From positions 677,609-741,608 of the forward strand of contig CAYYWQ010000001.1 of the NCBI GenBank assembly GCA_964474825.1: 64,000 nt of DNA, in the 5' to 3' direction. How positions within the stretch are numbered: the stretch's first letter is position 1; each line of letters opens with the position of its first letter. Of the stretch, positions 10,277 to 17,909 are shown piece by piece. The DNA is from an uncultured Candidatus Saccharibacteria bacterium. GTDB taxonomy: Bacteria > Patescibacteriota > Doudnabacteria > UBA920. The notes beneath the pieces were generated by a model. The model did no database searches. It saw only the letters and a program-made list of their open reading frames with translations, and was not told the DNA's origin. The position numbers and the translations under genes were made by a program.

Positions 10277-11311
10277 ATGCTAAAACCCTACTTCTTTAAA
10301 AAACAAAAACCAACCCGAGTTGAACTAAAAAAATTTCCGGTTAAAAACATGGTGGATATTTTTACCACGCAAAATCGGGAATTGTTTGACGTTTTAAATC
10401 CTCATGCTAAATTCGAACAAAATTACAAAAAAAACCTAGAAAAATTTTTAAAAAACAGAGTTGGGCAATGGATTTATTTTCCTTGGAACCAAACCCTTCT
10501 GCACACCCTTCTTTCTAATGAGCTCTTTTTATTAAGAACCAATCGAAACAGAAATCTTATTAATAACGAGGAGCAGAATACTCTTGCTAATTTTACAGCG
10601 GCTGTAATTGGGCTTTCTATTGGCAACTCCATAGCCTTAAACCTACTCTATAATGGCATTTCCAGAAAAATTAAAATAGCAGATTTAGATACTTTAGAAA
10701 CATCTAATCTAAACCGTGTCAGAGCAAGCCTACAGGATGTTGGCAAAAGCAAAATCTCAATTACTGCAGCGCAAATTTATGAAATTGATCCCTACGCGTC
10801 TATTTATGCCTTTGAAAAAGGAATTCAAGACAAAACTTTAAAACAACTCTTTGCAAACCCAAAACCAAAAATTATATTCGAAGCAATTGATGATTTAAAA
10901 ATGAAAATCCAAATCCGATTAGCAGCAAAAAAGGCTAAAATCCCGGTTGTAATGTTGACTAATTTAGGAAATAATATACTTATAGATGTAGAACGCTATG
11001 ACTTAGATAAAAATTTACAACTCTTCAACGGCCTAATAGGAAAAGCTGGCAAAGAGATCCTAAATTCAACAATATCCGAGCAGGATAAACAACGTTATGC
11101 CGTAGCAATAGTTGGGAAAGAAAATGTTCCTTTAAAAGCATTAGATTCATTACGGGAAATTAATAGAACATTAGTTGGCAGGCCCCAACTAATGTCAACG
11201 GTAACCATTGGTAGCGGCATAGCCTCGCTTATAGCCAAAAAGATTGCTCTAGGTGAACCTGTCAAAAGCGGCCGCAGTTTAATCAAGCTAGAACAGTTGA
11301 TTAATTTTTAA
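10277..11311 (+). CDS. ThiF/E1-like adenylyltransferase, Rv1355c-family N-terminal type
   Basis: WIYFPW...RTNRNRNLI..EEQ..L....AVIGLSIG...IADLDTLETSNLNRV...K...EIDPY; EAIDD..MK..IR; RPQL. Confidence 0.85.
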   Translation: MLKPYFFKKQKPTRVELKKFPVKNMVDIFTTQNRELFDVLNPHAKFEQNYKKNLEKFLKNRVGQWIYFPWNQTLLHTLLSNELFLLRTNRNRNLINNEEQNTLANFTAAVIGLSIGNSIALNLLYNGISRKIKIADLDTLETSNLNRVRASLQDVGKSKISITAAQIYEIDPYASIYAFEKGIQDKTLKQLFANPKPKIIFEAIDDLKMKIQIRLAAKKAKIPVVMLTNLGNNILIDVERYDLDKNLQLFNGLIGKAGKEILNSTISEQDKQRYAVAIVGKENVPLKALDSLREINRTLVGRPQLMSTVTIGSGIASLIAKKIALGEPVKSGRSLIKLEQLINF

Positions 11312-11315
11312 TCTT

Positions 11316-12197
11316 ATGGACACGAGTGAAAAAAAACTTCTTGAAAGTCTTGGAAATATTAAAGCAGAAATTAAGCAATTTACGACAGAAGATGTTACAA
11401 TAAACTATGTTAAAGCAGGAACAGGTTTTCCACTATTACTAATTCATGGAGCCAACTTTGGTTGGGGTCAATGGCATACCTTAATCACCGATCTTTCACA
11501 AAACTACACTGTGTATGCTGTAGACCTTCCAGGATTTGGCAACTCCACTTCCTTAAACTATGAAAAACTGGAATTTAACCGTCAGCTAGTTAAACCCATG
11601 GCATCTTTTGTTGAAAAAATGGGTTTGCAAAATAGTTTTGTAATGGGCCATTCTTTAGGAGCTTGGGTTGGGATGAAATTGGTTTTAGATGGTTATGCGA
11701 ATTTTAAAAAAATAATATTAGCAAATCCTTTAGGGTTCTCAAAAGATACACCACTACAATATAAATTACTTGGCCTACGCTGGGTGGCCAAACTGCTCGC
11801 AAAAACTGTCCTAAAAATAAGGCCGGGAAACATAAAAAAATTTTTAAATATTCCACTACACACTAAAGTCAGCTTCCTTCCAGAATTTACTGATTATTAC
11901 CATTCCATATCAAAAGGCGAATTCAGGCATCCTTTTTACTTATTTAACCGTATAGCTGGATTTAAAAAAGTTAACAAAGAATTAATACTTGACAGCAAGC
12001 TCTCACAAATTCATCAACCAGTTTTAATTATTGGCGGAGAGTATGATCCCATTGTATCTTTAAACCATAAACAAATAGAACTAATAAACCTACTACCTGA
12101 AGCAAAGATTAAAGTAATAAAAGGGGTTGGTCACGTCCCTTTTTTTGAAAATAGAAACGAATTTTATAAAGTCATTAATGAATTTTTAAAAAAATAG
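11316..12197 (+). CDS. Alpha/beta hydrolase
   Basis: LLLIHG, DLPGFG, GHSLG nucleophile elbow, GEYDPI, GVGHVP. Confidence 0.9.
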   Translation: MDTSEKKLLESLGNIKAEIKQFTTEDVTINYVKAGTGFPLLLIHGANFGWGQWHTLITDLSQNYTVYAVDLPGFGNSTSLNYEKLEFNRQLVKPMASFVEKMGLQNSFVMGHSLGAWVGMKLVLDGYANFKKIILANPLGFSKDTPLQYKLLGLRWVAKLLAKTVLKIRPGNIKKFLNIPLHTKVSFLPEFTDYYHSISKGEFRHPFYLFNRIAGFKKVNKELILDSKLSQIHQPVLIIGGEYDPIVSLNHKQIELINLLPEAKIKVIKGVGHVPFFENRNEFYKVINEFLKK

Positions 12198-12201
12198 CTG
12201 A

Positions 12202-13854
12202 ATGGAAATTATATCCAAGTTAGAATTTATTCTTCTGTTATGCGCCATAGCAATCAATGCTTTACTAGCTTGGGTTGTTTATACAAGTGACAAAAAAAGT
12301 GATACAAACAGACTTTACACAGTATTAAGTTTAAATATTTCTGTTTGGCTGATTATAAACTACATCTCTCACACAACCTTATTTTTAAGTAATAGTATTT
12401 ACTGGATTCGCCTAAGTTTGTTTTTTGCGCTTCCCATGAGCATGTTGTTCTTCCTGTTTGCCCATACAATACCGGAAAAAGTAATACGTATATCCAAACG
12501 GCAGTTAGTACTATTATTCGCGCTAACTGGATCGGCCATGCTGTTAACGATATCACCCTATACTTTCACCGAGGTCAAGCTGGTTAATGGTTCGCCTCTA
12601 CCCGTTACAGGTCCGGGAATAATTTATTTTGGATTCATATCAATTACCTACAGTCTTTTTGCTGCAATTACATTTTTCCGAAAATACAAGTCTTCGACTG
12701 GCGAACAACGACTCCAATTCAAATATATTATGTATGGCGTCTTGTCGATGATAGGCTTGATTACCACTACTATTTTCTTGCCGGTTATATTTTTTAGCAA
12801 CAATACCTTTCTTGGTTTATTGCCTCTCTACACGCTAATTTTTCTTACTATTTCGGCGTATGTAATCATTGGCTTACATTTATTCAAAGTAAAACTTATC
12901 GCCACTGAGGCCTTATTTTTTGCACTTTGGATAGGTCTTTTTTCTCAGGCATTAGGAAGAAATTCTGTTTCTGATCTTTTTGTAGGCTTTATTATGCTTT
13001 TTGGATTAACTGTTTTGGGATATTTACTTATCAATGGGGTTAAAAAGGAAGTTGAACAAAAAGAGCTATTAGAAGCTTTAACACAAGAGTTAGGTGATGC
13101 TAATGAGAAGCTTCAGAGTTTGGACAAGGCTAGGGCGGAGTTTATTTCTATTGCTAGCCACCAACTACGCACTCCCCCTTCCACTGTAAAATGGTATATG
13201 TCTTCCGTGCTTTCCGGGGATTTTGGAAGAATTTCGGCCAAAGTTTTAGAGCCTCTTAAAAAAGTAAACGAAACCAACAACCATTTAATTTCTTTAATTG
13301 AGGACATGTTAAACGTTTCGCGTATAGAACGCGGAAAAATGGAATTTTTATTTGAGCAGACTAATGTGCAGGACTTGGCCAAACAGGCTTTTGACCAGTT
13401 AATTCCTATGGCCAGCGACAAAAAACTAAAGTTTGATTTCGATTCCCCCAAAAAACCCTTACCAGAAATAATGGCAGACAAAGAAAAACTTAAGCAGGTT
13501 ATGAACAACCTAACAGATAACGCCTTAAAGTATACCAAGTCCGGCAGCGTTAAAGTTAAAATTTACGAAAAAGACGGAAATATTTTCTTTGAAGTCACAG
13601 ACAGCGGTAAAGGCATTAGCAAAGAAGACCGTGAAAGCATTTTCCAAAAATACACCAGAGGCAAAGAATCTGTTAAGCAAAGCGCGGGCCTGGGCCTTGG
13701 GCTTTATGTTGCCAAAATAATTATAGAGCAGCACAAAGGCAAAATTTGGGCCGAAAGCCCTGGCGAAGGCCAAGGCAGCACCTTTGCCTTCAGCGTCCCA
13801 ATTAAGAATGACTTAAAGGCTACTACGCTTGTTGACCTAGCCACACAAAAATAA
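12202..13854 (+). CDS. Sensor histidine kinase with N-terminal multi-TM (HisKA_7TM-like) domain
   Basis: About 280 aa of hydrophobic helices; ASHQLRTP H-box; NLTDNALKY N-box; DSGKGI; GLGLGL; GQGSTF. Confidence 0.92.
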   Translation: MEIISKLEFILLLCAIAINALLAWVVYTSDKKSDTNRLYTVLSLNISVWLIINYISHTTLFLSNSIYWIRLSLFFALPMSMLFFLFAHTIPEKVIRISKRQLVLLFALTGSAMLLTISPYTFTEVKLVNGSPLPVTGPGIIYFGFISITYSLFAAITFFRKYKSSTGEQRLQFKYIMYGVLSMIGLITTTIFLPVIFFSNNTFLGLLPLYTLIFLTISAYVIIGLHLFKVKLIATEALFFALWIGLFSQALGRNSVSDLFVGFIMLFGLTVLGYLLINGVKKEVEQKELLEALTQELGDANEKLQSLDKARAEFISIASHQLRTPPSTVKWYMSSVLSGDFGRISAKVLEPLKKVNETNNHLISLIEDMLNVSRIERGKMEFLFEQTNVQDLAKQAFDQLIPMASDKKLKFDFDSPKKPLPEIMADKEKLKQVMNNLTDNALKYTKSGSVKVKIYEKDGNIFFEVTDSGKGISKEDRESIFQKYTRGKESVKQSAGLGLGLYVAKIIIEQHKGKIWAESPGEGQGSTFAFSVPIKNDLKATTLVDLATQK

Positions 13855-13855
13855 C

Positions 13856-13971
13856 ATAGGACTTCCACACCGCTACTTTTCTGGACTGGCGGAACTTGTC
13901 ACCGTAGATAAACTACGCCTCCAAACATCCTCAGAAAATGCCTCGAACTTGGCTCAGTGTGGAAGCCCTAT
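13856..13971. repeat. Palindromic MITE-like element, family A, short copy
   Basis: Terminal IR ataggacttccacac / gtgtggaagccctat; interior matches 57418-57651 in reverse orientation. Confidence 0.8.
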
Positions 13972-13972
13972 C

Positions 13973-14004
13973 AAAAAAACTCTTGTTAAAACAAGAGTTT
14001 TTTT
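13973..14004. terminator. Intrinsic terminator
   Basis: aaaaaaactcttgt-taaa-acaagagttttttt. Confidence 0.8.
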
Positions 14005-14064
14005 GGGTCACAAGAATTGAGTTAACATAGTGTATAATAGAATTACTTACATAACATTAGCGGT

Positions 14065-14814
14065 ATGGTTAATTTAACAACAGGCGGTAAATATAAGTTT
14101 GCAACAGTAAAACAGAACTACGAAGATTATTCTAGCGGGAGGGTACTTTATGGCGCAACCGGAGCAACCGGTTTTCCTGTTAGGTTAACAAGTGAAATTT
14201 TCCAGAGAGCCGCTAGAAGACTAGAGAACGCTGGGGTTAAGGCCCCTTATTCTATTTACGACCCTTTTTGCGGGGCCGGTTACTCCTTAACCGTTATAGG
14301 GTTTTTGCACGGAAGCGCGATTAAAAATATAGTCGCTTCTGACGTTAACAAAGAAGCCCTGGTGACCGCACATAAAAACCTTTCCCTATTAACTACAAAA
14401 GGGTTTAACAATAGGATTCAAGAATTAATTAAATTAAAAAATACCTACAACAAAACTTCACATAAAGAGGCTTTAGAAAGTAGCGAGCGTTTGAAAAACA
14501 AGGTGCCAAATATAGACATTAAAATATTTGAATTTAATATACTTAGTAAACAAAATTTACCTATACCCCAAACTTCCATAGATTTAGTTTTAACAGACTT
14601 ACCCTACGGCAAACTTACCCAATGGGAAGGAAAGGAAGCAGCGGTTAACCCAACCCAAAACTTTTTAAATAATATTAGCCTCCTGCTTAAACCAAACGCA
14701 ATAATAGCAATAAGCGCTAACAAAAAACAAAAACTCGCTCATGAAGGCTATAAACGAGTAGACCTGCTCAAACTCGGAAAAAGACAAGTGTTGTTTCTTA
14801 CTAAAATAGCTTAG
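14065..14814 (+). CDS. AviRa-like rRNA methyltransferase
   Basis: YEDYSSGRVLY..G...FPVRLTSEIFQRA, YDPFCGAGYSLTVIGFLH, DLVLTDLPYG recall the AviRa 23S rRNA methylase family. Confidence 0.7.
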   Translation: MVNLTTGGKYKFATVKQNYEDYSSGRVLYGATGATGFPVRLTSEIFQRAARRLENAGVKAPYSIYDPFCGAGYSLTVIGFLHGSAIKNIVASDVNKEALVTAHKNLSLLTTKGFNNRIQELIKLKNTYNKTSHKEALESSERLKNKVPNIDIKIFEFNILSKQNLPIPQTSIDLVLTDLPYGKLTQWEGKEAAVNPTQNFLNNISLLLKPNAIIAISANKKQKLAHEGYKRVDLLKLGKRQVLFLTKIA

Positions 14815-14831
14815 ACCATTAAAACTGGAAT

Positions 14832-14864
14832 AAAAAAAACAGCCCCAACTTTTGGGGCTGTTTT
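14832..14864. terminator. Bidirectional intrinsic terminator
   Basis: aaaacagccccaa-ctt-ttggggctgtttt between convergent genes. Confidence 0.85.
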
Positions 14865-14871
14865 AAATTTT

Positions 14872-15273
14872 TTAATTCGCTTGGTCTTTCATGCTTCCCA
14901 GCATTTCTTCTTCAAAGTGGAGTAAGAATTGTTCGGGGTCTGGGGTACTTCCGAATAGAATGTGTTCTACGCTGTTGCGCTGGCCGCGGTTTTGGCTGCT
15001 GCCCACGCCTTTGGTTTGAAACCATTCCTGCCAAGCTGCGCTGAAGTCTTTATAACCTTGGGTACCCTCTTTGCCATATTTGGCAAAAATTAAATCATAC
15101 TTGGTTGTGTCGCAAATATTTATGAATTCACTTTTTTCTTCCATGCTTAAAAAACCATTTACCTGCGCGGAATGCTTTATTCTTTGGCAGTGGGGGTTGG
15201 TGTAAACAGCCTGGCAAATTTCCCGGCCAAGCTGAGTCCATTCTTTGTCGAATTTTTGAAAATCAAAACCCAT
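14872..15273 (-). CDS. Hypothetical protein
   Basis: 133-aa ORF downstream of rpsO; no recognised motif. Confidence 0.65.
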   Translation of the reverse strand: MGFDFQKFDKEWTQLGREICQAVYTNPHCQRIKHSAQVNGFLSMEEKSEFINICDTTKYDLIFAKYGKEGTQGYKDFSAAWQEWFQTKGVGSSQNRGQRNSVEHILFGSTPDPEQFLLHFEEEMLGSMKDQAN

Positions 15274-15334
15274 GGGGGTACAAGCTAATCAGCCGATCAG
15301 CTAATAAGCATATCAGCTAAAATCCAGTAGGATT

Positions 15335-15607
15335 TTATGCGGTTACTTTTAATTTCAGTTTGTCTACCAATTTTTCCCAGCGCTTTTCGTCTTCGTTTTT
15401 TAAATATCTCAATAAGCGGCGGCGGTTGCCGACCATTTTAAGCAAACCACGGCGGGAATGATTGTCTTTGCGGTGGGTCTTTAAATGCTCGCTGACCTGT
15501 TCAATTTCTTTGGTCAAAATAGCAACCTGGACTTCCGGGCTTCCGGTGTCGTCTTTATGCGTCTGAAACTTCTTAATTAACGCGTTTTTCTCTTTAGGGG
15601 TAAGCAT
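15335..15607 (-). CDS. rpsO: 30S ribosomal protein S15
   Basis: [42 protein letters not shown]. Confidence 0.98.
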   Translation of the reverse strand: MLTPKEKNALIKKFQTHKDDTGSPEVQVAILTKEIEQVSEHLKTHRKDNHSRRGLLKMVGNRRRLLRYLKNEDEKRWEKLVDKLKLKVTA

Positions 15608-15624
15608 AGCTTTTCCTTTGTCTA

Positions 15625-15680
15625 CACGTAATAAATTGCGGCCCTGCTCTGTTTACGGCCGCATTACAGATTTATTCGTG
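15625..15680 (-). promoter_or_regulatory. Candidate structured rpsO leader
   Basis: On the minus strand cacg-aataaat...tgcggcc pairs with ggccgca-atttatt-acgtg just upstream of the RBS. Confidence 0.5.
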
Positions 15681-15736
15681 GATTAATAAATATAAGGACA
15701 TTATACTTTATTTACTGCCTTTTGGCAAATCTAATT

Positions 15737-16549
15737 CTACCTTAAATATGCTACAAACTCCCCAATTGCATTGTAACCCGTTAACTCTTCATACCCGCTC
15801 ACCCCAGGCCAGCGGTTAACTTCTAATATATAGTACTTGCCTTTACTTTCAATAATGTCTACTTTGGCCAGCTCCCGTTTAAGCAAAGCAGATGCTTTTT
15901 CAGCTAGCGCTACAACCTCTGCCACTGACTGTGCAGCAACGGAATCATGGGCATAATAATCCACCCCAAAGCCTGTGTCAGAAATTTTATGCCTTAAAAC
16001 CACAGGCAAACTTTTGTAGCCAACTGTAATAACTTTATACTCATACTCAGCCTCTAAAAATTCCTGAACCATTAATTCATCCCGCGGAATAGTGGACGGG
16101 ATTTTTTGCATGTCTTCTAGCTGGCGAATTAAAAAAGTACCCTGGCCCTTAAAACCGTAGATCCATTTTAAAATTAGCGGATACCTTAAATCTTCAATCT
16201 TAAATCCTAAATCAGTTTTAGGAATTGCCAGCCCTGCCTTTCCTAAAACTTTATAATCTTCCCATTTTCCTTCTCCTAATTCGCCCTGAGCAATAGCAGC
16301 ATCTACAACTTTTTTACCGGCGACTTTAAATTTTTTGGCCAAGTCAATAATTTGCAGAAAGTATTTGGGGCTGCCGTTCAAATACGGTAGGCGAATGTAA
16401 AAAACGCTATAGTCGTCCACGTTAACCTCAAAACTCCTTTCCACCAACTCCTGCATACTCAAAACCTCCACAGCAACATTTTGCAGTTTAGCTTCTTCCA
16501 CAAACCTTCGCGTAAAATAAACGCTTTTTAGAGATATCAACAGTATCAT
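15737..16549 (-). CDS. RimK-like ATP-grasp ligase
   Basis: IPKT, YPLILK...G.G, MVQEFL, VDII, YILEVNRWPG. Confidence 0.8.
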   Translation of the reverse strand: MILLISLKSVYFTRRFVEEAKLQNVAVEVLSMQELVERSFEVNVDDYSVFYIRLPYLNGSPKYFLQIIDLAKKFKVAGKKVVDAAIAQGELGEGKWEDYKVLGKAGLAIPKTDLGFKIEDLRYPLILKWIYGFKGQGTFLIRQLEDMQKIPSTIPRDELMVQEFLEAEYEYKVITVGYKSLPVVLRHKISDTGFGVDYYAHDSVAAQSVAEVVALAEKASALLKRELAKVDIIESKGKYYILEVNRWPGVSGYEELTGYNAIGEFVAYLR

Positions 16550-16584
16550 TGTTTAATTGTACAAGAAAATCAGCTATACTGACA

Positions 16585-16687
16585 GTGTCGCATAATGTTA
16601 AAACTACCCCTTCAGAAAAGCCCGTGTCGTAATATCACCTGTGGACATTGTGGATAACACCTCGCGTCGCATAATGTTATTAGCGAG
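16585..16687 (+). promoter_or_regulatory. Two dif-like half-sites and a DnaA box upstream of xer
   Basis: GTCGCATAATGTTA at 16587 and 16666; TGTGGATAA at 16649-16657. Confidence 0.5.
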
Positions 16688-16767
16688 TAGGATGTAGCCG
16701 GTAGCTTGTAGCCAAACAAGTATCGCAGGCCTACTTCCTACTCACTACTAGCTACAAGCTAACCCCT

Positions 16768-17763
16768 ATGAACCCTATCACTCCCCTGCGCAAGCTTATA
16801 ATGGATTTTTTGGAATACTGTGAGCTGGCCAAAAACCAAAGCCGCAATACTATTGCCGCGTATTTTAGGTATTTGGACAAATTTGAAAAATTTGCCCAAA
16901 GCTTGGGACTTAAGGAACCCAGCGACATAGACTTAGACACAATAAAAAAATACCGGCTTTACTTAAACCGGCTAACAGACAGCAAAGGGAATACTTTAAA
17001 GCTTATAACCCAAAATTACCACTTAATTGCGCTTAGGGCATTCTTAAAATTCCTAACAAAGCAGGACATAAAGACCTTAGCGCCGGAAAAAATAGAATTA
17101 CCAAAAAACCCGGAGCGCCAGGTGGAATTTTTAGAAAACCAGGAACTGGAAAGATTATTCGAAGCCGTAAAGTCCGAGAAAGACGAACTCCAGCGCCTGC
17201 GCGACGCAGCCATTTTACAAACCCTGTTCTCTACCGGTCTGCGCGTAAGCGAGCTAGCCAGCCTGCGAATAGATTCCATAAACCTTGAGAGGCGCGAGTT
17301 TACTGTGCGCGGAAAAGGCAGCAAACTTAGGTTGGTATTTTTGTCTGAAGAAGCAGCGGATGGCGTAAAAAAATATTTGACCAAAAGAAAAGACAACAGC
17401 AAAGCTTTGTTTGTAAGCCATAGCGGCGTTGGACAGAGCGTGGAAAAGCAGATAGACAGCCAAAGTAAAAAAAATAACATTAACGACAAAAATAACTATG
17501 GCAAAGCCGCGGGACTCACTCCCCGCTCCATTCAAAGGATTATAAAAAAATACTGCAAAATTGCAGGTATTGTAAAAAAAGTATCTCCCCACACCCTGCG
17601 CCACAGCTTTGCCACAGACCTTTTGCAGAACGGCGCGGACATAAGGAGCGTCCAGGCCATGCTAGGCCACAGCAGCATTACCACAACGCAAATTTACACT
17701 CACGTAACCAACCAGGGCCTTAGGGATATACATAAGAAATTTCATGGGAAGACTAATAGCTAG
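16768..17763 (+). CDS. XerC/XerD-type tyrosine recombinase
   Basis: STGLRVSEL, VRGKGSK, SPHTLRHSFATDLL, LGH, TTQIYTHV. Confidence 0.93.
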   Translation: MNPITPLRKLIMDFLEYCELAKNQSRNTIAAYFRYLDKFEKFAQSLGLKEPSDIDLDTIKKYRLYLNRLTDSKGNTLKLITQNYHLIALRAFLKFLTKQDIKTLAPEKIELPKNPERQVEFLENQELERLFEAVKSEKDELQRLRDAAILQTLFSTGLRVSELASLRIDSINLERREFTVRGKGSKLRLVFLSEEAADGVKKYLTKRKDNSKALFVSHSGVGQSVEKQIDSQSKKNNINDKNNYGKAAGLTPRSIQRIIKKYCKIAGIVKKVSPHTLRHSFATDLLQNGADIRSVQAMLGHSSITTTQIYTHVTNQGLRDIHKKFHGKTNS

Positions 17764-17793
17764 TAGTAAGTAGCGGGTAGATGGTAGCCAAAC

Positions 17794-17827
17794 AAAAAAT
17801 CCCACACCTTTTTGGTGTGGGATTTTT
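17794..17827. terminator. Bidirectional intrinsic terminator
   Basis: aaaaatcccacacc-ttttt-ggtgtgggattttt. Confidence 0.85.
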
Positions 17828-17909
17828 AATTAGGTCTCCATCTCATTTTTGCTCAAAAATGTTCTATCCTACTTACTACTAACTACAAGCTACTAGCTAA
17901 ACTTACCTC

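Noticed and set aside
16768-17763. Recombinase as a prophage or integron integrase
   Set aside because: It resembles chromosomal Xer proteins; no phage genes, att duplication or integron-specific insertion are evident
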